Positions 1 through 10,422 are shown, counted from the first letter of the stretch. The stretch: DNA of 64,000 nt from Rickettsiales bacterium (GCA_965247335.1 CBDFGU010000009.1:1328504-1392503), one strand, 5' to 3'. Translations and numbers: made by a program. The notes: generated by a model not told the origin, from the letters alone.

Positions 1-1220
1 CGACCGAGCTGTGGATGATCCTGCTCTTCCGTGTGATGCAGGGCATTGGCGGGGGCGGACTGGCACCGGTCGAGCAATCCATTTTCGCCGATAGTTTCAC
101 GCCGCAGAAACGCGCGCTGGCATTCTCGCTCTATGGCTTCACGGTCGTCACCGCGCCAGCGATCGGCCCGGCGCTCGGCGGCTGGCTGACGGATACCTAT
201 TCGTGGCATTGGGTGTTCCTGATCAATCTGCCGATCGGCCTGCTTTCGCTGGCGCTGACGGCGATCTTCGTTGTCGATTCGCCGGCCTTAAAACGCGACC
301 GTGAGCAGCGCCTCGCGAAAGGGCTCAAGATAGATTATGTCGGGTTCGCGCTAGTTGCACTGGGTTTTGGCTGCCTGCAGATCGTGCTCGATCGCTTTAG
401 CCGCGACGATGGGTTTTCCTCGAATTTCATTCTGATGCTTTCCTTGATTTCCGGCATGAGTCTTGTTGCGCTGATGTTCTGGGAATGGTTCACGCCGCAA
501 CCGGTGATGAACCTGCGCTTGCTCAAAAGCCGGGCCTTCGCCATCAGCAATGTCGTGATGTTCCTGTTCGGCTTCATCATCATCTCGACGACACAGCTAT
601 TGCCACAACTGACCCAGGAACTACTGCATTACGATGCGACCAATGCTGGCCTGACGCTCAGCCTGGGCGGCATCGTCACCGTAATCGGCATGCCGATCGC
701 CGGGCTGATCAGCAACCGTGTCATTCCCGCAAAATATCTTATTGCTATGGCGATGTTTGGCGTCGGGGTGGCGATGATTGCCGCCGGCACGCTGGATCTC
801 AATGCCAGTTTCATGGATTTTTCCAAGATGCGCGCGAGCCAGGCCATGTGGATGCCGTTCATTTTCATTCCGCTTTCTTCGGTCCAGTTCACTGGTGTAC
901 CGCCGGATAAAAGCAATGACGCCTCGGCACTCGTCAACCTGATGCGCAATCTCGGCGGCAGTGTCGGCGTTTCCATCGTGACGGCGCAATTACAATGGCA
1001 ATCGCAGCGGCATCAGACCTATCTGGTGAGCCACGTAACGCCCTATAACGGATACGGCTATGGCCATTCGCTAAAGGGTATTGCGGCGCTGGTGCAGCAA
1101 CAGGCAAGCATTCTGGCGTATCTCGATGTATTCGTCATCCTTGGCGTGTGCGCCTTATGTATCGTGCCGCTGGCATTCTTCCTGCCGAAAGTCGACAAAG
1201 GAGCGCCCGCTGGCCATTGA
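1..1220 (+). CDS. DHA2-family MFS efflux permease (EmrB/QacA-like); 5' end lies outside the window
   Basis: Frame is open from base 3 (TELWMILLFRVMQGIGGGGLAP...), so the ATG at 15 is internal. RVxQGxGGG motif and a continuous series of hydrophobic TM segments. Stop TGA at 1218-1220. Followed directly by an outer-membrane-factor gene, as in emrAB-type tripartite pumps. Confidence 0.85.
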   Translation, partial: TELWMILLFRVMQGIGGGGLAPVEQSIFADSFTPQKRALAFSLYGFTVVTAPAIGPALGGWLTDTYSWHWVFLINLPIGLLSLALTAIFVVDSPALKRDREQRLAKGLKIDYVGFALVALGFGCLQIVLDRFSRDDGFSSNFILMLSLISGMSLVALMFWEWFTPQPVMNLRLLKSRAFAISNVVMFLFGFIIISTTQLLPQLTQELLHYDATNAGLTLSLGGIVTVIGMPIAGLISNRVIPAKYLIAMAMFGVGVAMIAAGTLDLNASFMDFSKMRASQAMWMPFIFIPLSSVQFTGVPPDKSNDASALVNLMRNLGGSVGVSIVTAQLQWQSQRHQTYLVSHVTPYNGYGYGHSLKGIAALVQQQASILAYLDVFVILGVCALCIVPLAFFLPKVDKGAPAGH

Positions 1221-2694
1221 TCCGCGCATTGCATCGCTTGCTTGTTTGCTGATAACGGCATGTACGCTGGGGCCGGATTTCGTGCCGCCCAAGAATGACG
1301 CGCCAGCTAACTGGGCGCACGGGGTGCATGATACTGCGCCATTCGCTGATGAATGGTGGAAGAGTTTCAGCGACCCGACGCTGACGAAATTGATAATGCA
1401 GTTGCAGTCGCAGAATTTGGATCTTCAGAACCTGGTGATTCGTCTCGAGCAAAGCCGCGCCGCTCGCAGTTACGTGGCGTCGCGACTGTTGCCGAGCGTC
1501 GATGCGCAGGCTTCCTACACGCGCGAAAAGCAAAGCGATAAAGGTATTGTTTCGCTCTTCAACGCGGGTGGAAGTTCAGGCACCGGCACAACAACCAATG
1601 GTCTGCCTAGCAATAGCACATCGCCCGCCTTCAACCTGTACCAATACGGTTTCGATGCAACATGGGAGCTTGATCTGTTCGGCAAGACGCGGCGCAGCGT
1701 CGAAGCGGCCGATGCCACGATCGAGTCGAGCAAGGATCAAGTGCAGTCACTGCTGGTCAGCCTTGAAGCGGAACTGGCGCGTGACTACCTGCAATTGCGC
1801 AGCCTGCAGTCTCAGGTCACAAGCGCTACGGGCAATGTGAAAGCAGCGCGTGAATTCGCTGCATTGACGCATGAACGCCAACACAACGGTTTCGCGAATG
1901 ACCTTGAAGTGACCAGTGCCGAAGCTGAGCTGGCCAGTGCCGAGGCACAGCTACCGCCACTGAACCAGCAGGCGAGTGCCCTCATCAATGCTATCACGCT
2001 GTTGCTCGCCGAGCAGCCCGGCTCCCTCGATGCGACTTTGACACCAGCAAAGTCTGTGCCTGCACATGCAATGCAGGTTCCCATCGGCATTCCCGCGGAC
2101 CTGGCGCAGCGTCGGCCGGATGTTCGTGCCGCGGAAGCTCAGTTGCATGCGGCAACCGCACAGGTCGGCGTGGCGAAGGCTAATTTCTTTCCGCAGATAA
2201 CACTGATGGGCAATGGTGCGTTGCAGGCACTGCAATTCAGCGATCTCGATCAATGGGCCGCCCGCACGTATGGTTTTGGGCCGCAGACCACCATTCCCAT
2301 TTTTGAAGGTGGCAAACTTACGGCGCAGCTTGAGCTGGCGAATGAACAGCAAAAAGCCGCCGCACTCAGTTATCGCAAAGCACTGCTCGGCGCTTTACAT
2401 GACGTTGATAACGCGCTCACGGCACTGCATGCCGATCAGGCGCGCAATGAAGCGCTGGCGAAAGCCGCAAGTCAGGATCGTGAAGGGCTTTTGCTCGCCC
2501 GCGAGCGATACAACAAAGGCCTGAGCGACTGCCTTGAAGTGCTGACTGCGCAGCGAAGCTTGTTCCAGGCGCAGATGCAATACGAAGCGAGTGCAGGCGA
2601 TGAACAAACAGCCTTTGTGCAGCTTTACAAAGCACTGGGCGGCGGTTGGCAGACGACCGATATCGTAGCGCATAAAGAAAGCAAATCGCCGTAG
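1216..2694 (+). CDS. Efflux outer-membrane factor lipoprotein, NodT family (start codon uncertain)
   Basis: Lipobox LLITAC with Cys codon at 1261-1263, followed by TLGPDFVPP, typical of NodT/OprM lipoproteins. Two coiled repeat halves and C-terminal LYKALGGGW. The only upstream in-frame ATG (1126) gives an implausible 45-aa leader lying inside the emrB-like gene. ATT 1216 or CTG 1210 would give a normal 16-18-aa signal peptide. Confidence 0.8.
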   Translation: MDPRIASLACLLITACTLGPDFVPPKNDAPANWAHGVHDTAPFADEWWKSFSDPTLTKLIMQLQSQNLDLQNLVIRLEQSRAARSYVASRLLPSVDAQASYTREKQSDKGIVSLFNAGGSSGTGTTTNGLPSNSTSPAFNLYQYGFDATWELDLFGKTRRSVEAADATIESSKDQVQSLLVSLEAELARDYLQLRSLQSQVTSATGNVKAAREFAALTHERQHNGFANDLEVTSAEAELASAEAQLPPLNQQASALINAITLLLAEQPGSLDATLTPAKSVPAHAMQVPIGIPADLAQRRPDVRAAEAQLHAATAQVGVAKANFFPQITLMGNGALQALQFSDLDQWAARTYGFGPQTTIPIFEGGKLTAQLELANEQQKAAALSYRKALLGALHDVDNALTALHADQARNEALAKAASQDREGLLLARERYNKGLSDCLEVLTAQRSLFQAQMQYEASAGDEQTAFVQLYKALGGGWQTTDIVAHKESKSP

Positions 2695-2756
2695 ACATTT
2701 TCATCACGTGTGAGTGAAAACATATCGAGTGTGATTCACCCGTAATCGATAAAACT

Positions 2757-5700
2757 TTATGAATGCTTGAATCGCAGATCAAGCGTGTGCGGAAACTCCG
2801 CATTCTGTTCCATGGCGGGCAATGTCAGTTTGCCGGAAGTATGACCCATCGCTTCGAAACGGGATAATTTCCTGCCTTCCGCCTCGTTTTCATTGACGGG
2901 GAAAGTATCGTAACTGCGTCCACCGGGGTGGATGACATGGTAGGTGCAGCCGCCGAGGGAACGGTTCTGCAGCGTATCGACCAAGTCGAATACCAGCGGC
3001 GCATCAATCGGCAGTTTCGGGTGCAAGCTGGACGATTGTGCCCATGCTTTGAAGCGGACACCAGCCACGTGTTGATCTGCTACACCCGTCGCATGTAATG
3101 GGACGATATGCCCATTACAGGTTACGACATGGCGTTCGTCCATTGGGCCTGCCACCGTTACCTGAAGGCGTTCCACTGTCGCGTCCACCGAGCGGCTAAC
3201 GCCACCGCCTGCAGGTTCTTCACCCATCACCGGCCATGGTTCCAACGCCTGGTGCAACGTTAGTGTGACATCTCCCAATTGCACCTTGCCGGACTGGGAG
3301 AAGCGGAAAGCAAAGAATGGAGTGAACCATTCCGGCGCAAAGGCATAGCCACCTGTTTTCAGCACATGCAATACTTCTGCAAAATCCTGCTCAAGATAGT
3401 AGGGTAGCATGAATTTATCATGCAGCTGGGTGCCCCAGCGTTTCAGTGGATTAGTGTAGGGCGTTTTCCAGAAATGCGCAATGCAGGCGCGGATCAGCAA
3501 ACTTTGCAACAAATTCATTTGCGGATGCGGTGTCATCTCGAAACCACGCATTTCGAGCAGGCCCAGCCGCCCGCGTTCACTATCAGGGCTATAGAGTTTA
3601 TCGATGCAGAATTCCGCACGGTGGGTGTTGCCGGTAAGGTCGACTAACAGGTTGCGTAGGAGGCGATCGACCAGCCACGGTGGTACATCGCCGCTCTCGG
3701 GGATCTGCTGGAACGCGATTTCCAGTTCATACATCGCGTCGTGCCGCGCTTCATCGATGCGCGGTGACTGGCTGGTCGGGCCGATATACATTCCAGCGAA
3801 CAGGTACGAAAGCGATGGGTGGTTCTGCCAGAAACTCACCAGCGAGCGTAACAGATCCGGCCGGCGCAGGAACGGGCTATCCGCGGGAATTGCCGCGCCC
3901 ATTACGATATGGTTGCCGCCACCCGTGCCGACGCGCCTGCCATCCAGCATGAATTTTTCAGCCGATAATCGCGCCAGTCGCGCCTGGGCATAGACTGTAT
4001 CCGTAATGGTTTTAAGTTCTTTCCACGTCGCGGCGGGCTGGATGTTGACCTCGATCACGCCCGGATCGGGCGTTACGGAGAAATTCGCGATCCGCGCGTC
4101 AACCACGGGTGTGTAGCCTTCAAGTACGACCGGAATTTTCAAAGCGCTCGCGACCGATTCGATAGCCGTGATCAACTCCAAGAAATGCTCTGCCCACGCT
4201 ACCGGCGGCAGGAACAGATGCAGTACGCCGCCGCGCACTTCAGCGCAGAGTGCGGAGCGGATGAGACCGTTACTGTCCTTGGCAAATACTTTATCATCCG
4301 CTTTGCTAGGCGCTGAAAATGCTTTTGTTAGCGTTGCATGACTTGGCAGTTTTTCTGGAACATCAAAAGCGCTGCGCTCCGGCACTATCTCTTTTTTTGC
4401 TTCCTTGGGCGAGGGCAGGCTGGCCAGTGGCAGGCGCAAGCCGATGGGTGAATCACCTGTCAGTAGCACGAGATACGGGCTTTTGAATTTCCATGCATTG
4501 CTGATCCAGCGCTGGCGTGTCGGCGAATAATGCAAGGGTAGCACATAGCCCACCGGTGCATTGAGATCCTTTTCCATCAGGGCCTGCAACCGTTCGCGCT
4601 CGGTTTTCTCGTAGACATCCGCCTTCATCATTTCATCGCTTAGGGGCAGCTTGTGTTCTTTCCACAAATAATATGGAGTATCCTCGCGAGCGGGCTGCAC
4701 ATAGGAACCGGGAATGCCCAAGGTTGTCGCTAGCGTAGTAATAAACTTCTCTGCGGTTGCCAGCGTGTGTTTGAGCGAGCCGTCGGGATCTGCCAATAAG
4801 GCGATATCGCGCCAGATTATTTCACCGTCCGTGCGCCAGAAACACGGCATTGCCCAGCGTGGCAGGATCTCGCCGGGATACCATTTGCCTTGCGTGAACA
4901 TCGGCAATCCGCCGGGGGCGAATTGATCGCGTAACCGTGCGGACAGATTTTTCCCGAGCGCTTTTTTCTCGCCGCCCAGTGCAGAGTAATGCCATGCGTC
5001 ATGCTCGCGGTCATCAAGGGATACGAATGTCGGCTCGCCGCCCATGGTGAGCCGTACATCCTGCGTTGCAAGGCTTTTATCTACCTTGGTGCCCAATGCG
5101 TCGATCGCTTTCCATTGCGCATCCGTATAAGGTTTGGTCACGCGGGGTGCTTCGACGATGCGGGTGATGGTCATCTGGTGGTCGAGGGTCGCGGTCACCC
5201 CTTCTTCCAGCGTGCCGGTAACGGGAGCAGCACTCGACGGATTCGGCGTGCAGCAGAGCGGAATATGGCCTTCGCCCGTGAACAAACCCGAAGTAGGGTC
5301 CAGCCCGATCCAGCCGGCGCCGGGCAAATAAATTTCTGTCCAGGCGTGCAGGTCGGTGAAATCGACATCCGTGCCGGAAGGCCCGTCCAGTGATTTTACA
5401 TCCGCCGCGAGCTGGATGAGGTAACCAGAAGCAAAGCGCGTCGCCAAACCCAGATGCCGGATTGCCTGACACAGGAACCATGCCATGTCGCGACAGGAAG
5501 CGCTGCCGCGTTCCAGCGTTTCCTCACAGGTCTGTACCCCGGGTTCGAGGCGCACGACATAGGTGAGGCTCTGGTTTAGTTGCTGATTGATGGAAACGAG
5601 GAAATCGATGATGCCTTGTTCCTTGCGATCGATTTTTTTGAGCCATGCAGCGAGGCCTGAACCTTTTTCCTTAATCTCGAGATACGGTGCCAGTTCATCC

Positions 5701-6032
5701 TTGAGCTCCTGCGTGTAAGCGAAGGGAAAACTCTTGGCGTAATCCTCTAGAAAGAAGTCGAACGGGTTATACGCGCGAATCTCCGTCAATAGGTCCACCT
5801 CGATCCGGAAATCTTTCACCTTGTTCGGAAACACGACCTTGGCCAGAAAATTCCCGAATGGATCCTGCTGCCAGTTGATGAAGTGCTCTTTCGGCTCGAT
5901 CTTGAGGGCGTACGATTGAATGATGCCGCGCGTGTGTGGGGCCGGGCGCAAGCGGATGGTCTGCATCCCGAGCGCGGTCGGCCGGTCGTACCGGTAATGG
6001 GTCAGGTGGTGTAATGCGGCGGTGATACTCAT
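2757..6032 (-). CDS. Large transglutaminase-family protein (N-terminal Bact_transglu_N plus transglutaminase core, DUF2126-type C-terminal region)
   Basis: 1091-aa ORF. N-terminus MSITAALHHLTHYRYDRP...RLRPAPH. Cys-His-Asp core motifs GSASCRDMAWF, DLHAWTEIYLPGAGWIGLDPTSG. The long C-terminal region matches the pattern of DUF2126-type proteins. Confidence 0.85.
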   Translation of the reverse strand: MSITAALHHLTHYRYDRPTALGMQTIRLRPAPHTRGIIQSYALKIEPKEHFINWQQDPFGNFLAKVVFPNKVKDFRIEVDLLTEIRAYNPFDFFLEDYAKSFPFAYTQELKDELAPYLEIKEKGSGLAAWLKKIDRKEQGIIDFLVSINQQLNQSLTYVVRLEPGVQTCEETLERGSASCRDMAWFLCQAIRHLGLATRFASGYLIQLAADVKSLDGPSGTDVDFTDLHAWTEIYLPGAGWIGLDPTSGLFTGEGHIPLCCTPNPSSAAPVTGTLEEGVTATLDHQMTITRIVEAPRVTKPYTDAQWKAIDALGTKVDKSLATQDVRLTMGGEPTFVSLDDREHDAWHYSALGGEKKALGKNLSARLRDQFAPGGLPMFTQGKWYPGEILPRWAMPCFWRTDGEIIWRDIALLADPDGSLKHTLATAEKFITTLATTLGIPGSYVQPAREDTPYYLWKEHKLPLSDEMMKADVYEKTERERLQALMEKDLNAPVGYVLPLHYSPTRQRWISNAWKFKSPYLVLLTGDSPIGLRLPLASLPSPKEAKKEIVPERSAFDVPEKLPSHATLTKAFSAPSKADDKVFAKDSNGLIRSALCAEVRGGVLHLFLPPVAWAEHFLELITAIESVASALKIPVVLEGYTPVVDARIANFSVTPDPGVIEVNIQPAATWKELKTITDTVYAQARLARLSAEKFMLDGRRVGTGGGNHIVMGAAIPADSPFLRRPDLLRSLVSFWQNHPSLSYLFAGMYIGPTSQSPRIDEARHDAMYELEIAFQQIPESGDVPPWLVDRLLRNLLVDLTGNTHRAEFCIDKLYSPDSERGRLGLLEMRGFEMTPHPQMNLLQSLLIRACIAHFWKTPYTNPLKRWGTQLHDKFMLPYYLEQDFAEVLHVLKTGGYAFAPEWFTPFFAFRFSQSGKVQLGDVTLTLHQALEPWPVMGEEPAGGGVSRSVDATVERLQVTVAGPMDERHVVTCNGHIVPLHATGVADQHVAGVRFKAWAQSSSLHPKLPIDAPLVFDLVDTLQNRSLGGCTYHVIHPGGRSYDTFPVNENEAEGRKLSRFEAMGHTSGKLTLPAMEQNAEFPHTLDLRFKHS

Positions 6033-6115
6033 GGTTTTTTATATCCGACTATGAAATACTTGCATAGGCACAGTAAACTACTAGGCTTCGTAAGACATCA
6101 ATATAATCTTTTGCC

Positions 6116-7996
6116 GTGTCGGAGTACTATTTGTTCACGATTCCCCCGCTGACGAGCGATATTCTGGTGTTGAGCCTTGATGGCGAAAGCTCGCCTTCGA
6201 TCAACATCAATTTGTCGCAGAACTACCTTGGTAGCCATTCCCAGGGCTGGGGTTTCGGCTGGTATCCGGGTGACGAACAATCCGCGATGGTTACCAAGGA
6301 TCCTGCCGCACGCAATACACAAGTGCTGATGGATGCGCTGACCGATTGGGCGCATTTCCGTTCGACCGTGTTCTTCTGCAAGGTGCGGGGCGCTAGCAAA
6401 GGCTACAGCCTCAAAGAAACACAGCCTTTTTCCCGCAGTTTCGCCGGCCGTGACTGGTTGTTCATGCATAATGGCGATGTCGACAAGGTCGAACTTGAAA
6501 AGCTGCATGGTAAAAAGAACCGTGTCTTTGAGCCCATCGGTAACACGGATTCGGAACTCGCGTTCTGTAATTTCCTCTCGCTGTTACAGGAGGGTGATAC
6601 ACGCAAACTTTCCGATGTCGCACCCGAGATGTTGCATGCGTGGTGGAAGCGCCTCGATATGCTCGGCAGTGCCGATATGACGCTTTCGGATGGCGATAGC
6701 GTGGTCTGCTTCCATGGCACCCAATCGCCGAAGGCCATGTACTATATGCGAATCCAGCCACCAGATAATCAGGAATTGTACATTGCCGATGCCGCGCAGA
6801 TCAGCCTCAGCAACCCACGCGATACCTACCGTACTGCGCTGATGGTGACGTCCATGCCCTTCGCTTCGGGTAACTGGTTCGAAATGCTGCCGGGGCAAAT
6901 GATCATTGCGCGTCGCGGCACGATCGTCTGGGACAGTGCGCATGGGCATGCAAAACAGGTTACACTGGCAATTCCGCATGCCGTGCAACCGCAGGCACAG
7001 CAACCTGTAGTGCTGCAACCCAACTTCATGGCGCAGGCGCAGGCCGAGCAGTCGCAGGAGCATGTGCTCAACGCACGGGCGATGTCGCAGACACCGGAAG
7101 GTGCACCGCTGGCGTATCGCGTATTCGAAGTGAAACATACAACGCATTATGAATACAGCGAACCGGTGGAGCACAGTACGCATGTGTTCCGCCTGCAGCC
7201 GACGGACGATCCAATCCAAGAAGTCGTTTCGTCGAAACTGGCGATTTCGTCCGTTTCCGAGGAGATTTTGTTCGAGGATGTATTCGGCAACCAGGCGATT
7301 CACTGTATCATTGATAAGTCCTATACCCAGCTGACGGTGGAGGCTACCAGCCGGGTCAAGATTTTCGCCGCGCCACCGGATGATCATAGTCTGTCACGCC
7401 GCCGTACCTCGATTCCACTCGCCTGGATGCCATGGCAACGCCAGATGATGATGCCGTATCTGCTACCGGCGGAGTTGCCCGAATCGCAACTCACGGAACT
7501 GACCGAGTATGCGATGAGTTTCGTCAAGCGAAACGATTACAATCTGCTCAAGACGCTCGAGGACATGAATGTCAGCATTTATCGCGATTATAAATACGTG
7601 TCGGGCAGTACTTCCATTAATACGACCCCCTTTGAGGTCTACACGTCACGTAACGGCGTGTGTCAGGATTTTGCCAACCTTCTGATCTGCCTTACCCGAC
7701 TTCTAAGTATTCCGGCGCGTTACCGCATGGGTTACATCTACACTGGCGCCAGCTATTCTAATAAAATCCAGTCAGATGCTTCGCATGCATGGGCGGAAGT
7801 CTATTTGCCGTATGTCGGCTGGCGCGGTTTTGATCCGACCAATGGCTGCATGGTGACGCAGGATCATATCCGTGTCGCATGCGGCCGTAATTATGGCGAT
7901 GCGACACCGACCTCTGGGACTATTTATAAAGGCGGCGGTACAGAAACATTGACAGTTGATGTGAAAATGACGGAAATCGTGGATGCATTGACATAA
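6116..7996 (+). CDS. Fusion protein: class-II (Ntn) glutamine-amidotransferase-like domain (YafJ-like) plus Bact_transglu_N plus transglutaminase core
   Basis: GTG start, with an in-frame TAA 12 nt upstream. N-terminal ~290 aa carry YafJ-type motifs ([31 protein letters not shown]). A Q/A-rich linker follows, then [11 protein letters not shown]...FRLQP and a Cys-His-Asp core ([32 protein letters not shown]). Confidence 0.8.
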   Translation: MSEYYLFTIPPLTSDILVLSLDGESSPSININLSQNYLGSHSQGWGFGWYPGDEQSAMVTKDPAARNTQVLMDALTDWAHFRSTVFFCKVRGASKGYSLKETQPFSRSFAGRDWLFMHNGDVDKVELEKLHGKKNRVFEPIGNTDSELAFCNFLSLLQEGDTRKLSDVAPEMLHAWWKRLDMLGSADMTLSDGDSVVCFHGTQSPKAMYYMRIQPPDNQELYIADAAQISLSNPRDTYRTALMVTSMPFASGNWFEMLPGQMIIARRGTIVWDSAHGHAKQVTLAIPHAVQPQAQQPVVLQPNFMAQAQAEQSQEHVLNARAMSQTPEGAPLAYRVFEVKHTTHYEYSEPVEHSTHVFRLQPTDDPIQEVVSSKLAISSVSEEILFEDVFGNQAIHCIIDKSYTQLTVEATSRVKIFAAPPDDHSLSRRRTSIPLAWMPWQRQMMMPYLLPAELPESQLTELTEYAMSFVKRNDYNLLKTLEDMNVSIYRDYKYVSGSTSINTTPFEVYTSRNGVCQDFANLLICLTRLLSIPARYRMGYIYTGASYSNKIQSDASHAWAEVYLPYVGWRGFDPTNGCMVTQDHIRVACGRNYGDATPTSGTIYKGGGTETLTVDVKMTEIVDALT

Positions 7997-8012
7997 AAAG
8001 AGGTTTCCTGCC

Positions 8013-9479
8013 ATGCATTTTAAAGGCTACGACTGCGATGGGTTCTATGACGAACTGATCATGCCGGATGGTTCGCCACGGCCCGAGGCCTTGCCGCTCA
8101 TCGAACATGTTAATGCGCTTTCACTCAAGGGTCTACACCGGCGGCAGAAAGCATCCGAACATGCACTTTACCAGCAAGGCATCACGTTCAACGTCTACGG
8201 TGACAAGAAGGGTACCGAAAAAATCTTCCCGTTCGATATCCTGCCCCGCATCATTCCTGCCCATGAATGGGAGCTGCTGGAACGCGGCATGAAACAACGC
8301 ATCAAGGCGCTCAACCTGTTCATCAACGATATTTACAATGAGCAAAAAATTCTGAAGGACAAGATCATCCCGCGTGCCCTCGTGCTTTCATCCGAATGTT
8401 ACCTCAAGCAGTGCAAAGGCCTCACTCCACCTCAGGGCATCTGGATCCATGTTACCGGCACCGACCTCGTACGTGATAGCAGCGGCCAATTCTATGTGCT
8501 CGAGGATAATCTGCGCTGCCCGTCCGGTATTTCGTATGTACTGCAGAATCGCTCTATCCAGAAGCGCATCATGCCGAGGGCGTTCCAAGCCATGCTCACG
8601 CGTCCGGTTTCCGACTATGGCGACCATCTGTATGAAACGCTGCGCCATATCGCACCCAAAGGTGTCGATAATCCGAATGTCATTGTGCTGACACCTGGTA
8701 TTTATAACGCTGCCTATTATGAGCACAGCTTCCTTGCCCAGCAGATGGGTGTGCCGTTGGCACAGGGGTCCGACCTGACCATTATCGATGACCATGTCAT
8801 GCTGCGAACAACCCGCGGCTTCGAGAAGGTCGATGTGATCTACCGCCGCATCGACGATGCGTTCCTCGATCCCAAAGTTTTCAACAAGGATTCATTGCTT
8901 GGCGTACCCGGCATCATGGAATGCTATCGCAAAGGGAATGTCGCATTGGCCAATGCACCGGGTACCGGCATTGCCGATGACAAGGCGATCTATGCATATG
9001 TGCCGAAGATCATCAAATATTACCTCGGTGAGGATCCGCTCATCGAAAATGTGCCGACCTATATCTGCAATGATGAAAAGGATCGGAGCTACGTACTTGC
9101 CAACCTCAAATCGCTCGTTGTGAAAGCGGTCAATCTTTCCGGGGGTTATGGTATGCTGATCGGTCCGAAATCCACCGCCAAGGAGCGTGAGGAGTTCGCC
9201 CAACGCATCAAGGCCAATCCGCGCGATTACATCGCGCAGCCAACGCTCGCCCTGTCGCGCACGCCGACCATCATCGACGATACCATCGAAGGTCGCCATA
9301 TCGATTTCCGCCCCTATATCCTTTACGGTAAATCCATCTTCGTGCTACCCGGCGGCCTTACGCGCGTCGCACTAAAAAAAGGTTCGCTTGTCGTTAATTC
9401 TTCGCAAGGCGGCGGTAGCAAGGATACCTGGGTACTGGGCACGGATGAGCGCAGCATGGAGGAAATTCTCAATGCTTAG
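8013..9479 (+). CDS. Circularly permuted ATP-grasp protein, type 2 (DUF404/DUF407 family)
   Basis: 488-aa ORF starting 16 nt after the preceding gene. Sequence pattern typical of this family (YDELxxPDGxPRP..., [47 protein letters not shown]). Stop overlaps the start of the alpha-E gene. Confidence 0.85.
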   Translation: MHFKGYDCDGFYDELIMPDGSPRPEALPLIEHVNALSLKGLHRRQKASEHALYQQGITFNVYGDKKGTEKIFPFDILPRIIPAHEWELLERGMKQRIKALNLFINDIYNEQKILKDKIIPRALVLSSECYLKQCKGLTPPQGIWIHVTGTDLVRDSSGQFYVLEDNLRCPSGISYVLQNRSIQKRIMPRAFQAMLTRPVSDYGDHLYETLRHIAPKGVDNPNVIVLTPGIYNAAYYEHSFLAQQMGVPLAQGSDLTIIDDHVMLRTTRGFEKVDVIYRRIDDAFLDPKVFNKDSLLGVPGIMECYRKGNVALANAPGTGIADDKAIYAYVPKIIKYYLGEDPLIENVPTYICNDEKDRSYVLANLKSLVVKAVNLSGGYGMLIGPKSTAKEREEFAQRIKANPRDYIAQPTLALSRTPTIIDDTIEGRHIDFRPYILYGKSIFVLPGGLTRVALKKGSLVVNSSQGGGSKDTWVLGTDERSMEEILNA

Positions 9480-10422
9480 CCGCGTTGCCAGTTCGATCTA
9501 TTGGATGAGCCGCTACCTGGAGCGCGCCGATAATGTTGCACGCTTCATCGATGTCAACGCGACATTGATCCTCGACATGGGTTGGGAAAAAGACGAAGCG
9601 CAATGGGCGCCCATGGTCCAGGCCTCCGGCGACGAAACGGATTTCGATAAACGCTATAAACATTACACCGAGAAAAACGTCGTTCGCTTCCTCACGTTTG
9701 ACAATAAAAACTACAATTCCATCCTGAATTGCGTGCAGAGCGCCCGCGAGAATGCGCGGACGGTACGCGAGATCATTTCTTCCGAAATGTGGGAGACCAT
9801 CAACGAACTCTACCATCTCGTGGAAAAACATAACCGCAAACGCGAAATTGGTGATCTGCAGCCTTTCTTCAGAGCGGTACATCGTGCAAACCATCATTTC
9901 ATCGGTCTCGTTGAGAATGTCATGTCGCATGGTGAAGGCTGGCACTGGGCGCGCATTGGCCGCCTGCTTGAGCGCGCTGATAAGACTGCACGCATGCTGG
10001 ACGTAAAATATTTCCTCCTGCTGCCAAAGGGCGAACATGTTGATTCTCCGTATGATGCCGTCGAATGGGGTGCGGTACTGAAATCCGTTAGTGGTTTTGA
10101 GATGTATCGCAAACAATTTCATCGCGCCAATTACCACGATGTCGTTCAGTTTCTGGTGCTCGATCCAAACTTCCCGCGGGCCATCCGCCATTGCATCCGC
10201 ACCGCAGCGGATTCGCTGGCGACGATCAGTGCTATGCTGGAAGTCGCCGTGCCCGCTACGGAAGAAATGCAAAAACTAAAGGCTTCGCTTGATGATTGTG
10301 ACACCAGCGGTATCCTGACCACTGGTCTGCATGAGTTCATCGACATCTTCCAGTTCAACCTGAACATTGTCGATCGTTCATTGTACCACTCATTTTTTGC
10401 TGTGGAGCAAACTGGCAGTTAA
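9472..10422 (+). CDS. Alpha-E domain protein (DUF403 family)
   Basis: N-terminus [21 protein letters not shown] is the canonical alpha-E start. ATG 9472 overlaps the ATP-grasp stop (ATGCTTAG). The ORF-track start at 9388 lies inside the upstream gene and is rejected. Confidence 0.85.
   Translation: MLSRVASSIYWMSRYLERADNVARFIDVNATLILDMGWEKDEAQWAPMVQASGDETDFDKRYKHYTEKNVVRFLTFDNKNYNSILNCVQSARENARTVREIISSEMWETINELYHLVEKHNRKREIGDLQPFFRAVHRANHHFIGLVENVMSHGEGWHWARIGRLLERADKTARMLDVKYFLLLPKGEHVDSPYDAVEWGAVLKSVSGFEMYRKQFHRANYHDVVQFLVLDPNFPRAIRHCIRTAADSLATISAMLEVAVPATEEMQKLKASLDDCDTSGILTTGLHEFIDIFQFNLNIVDRSLYHSFFAVEQTGS

Noticed and set aside
1081-1215. N-terminal 45 codons of the ORF-track version of the first OMF gene
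   Set aside because: They lie inside the emrB-like coding region and would place a Cys/Ser/Arg-rich 60-aa segment in front of the lipoprotein signal. The real start must be near 1210-1216.
6584-7387. 267-aa ORF antisense to the GATase-like::transglutaminase gene
   Set aside because: It lies entirely inside a well-supported gene on the other strand. Arg/His/Leu-rich composition with no recognisable motifs, typical of a shadow ORF in moderately GC-rich DNA.
9469-10272. 267-aa ORF antisense to the alpha-E gene
   Set aside because: Fully embedded opposite a gene with a canonical family N-terminus. No motifs and no independent start context.
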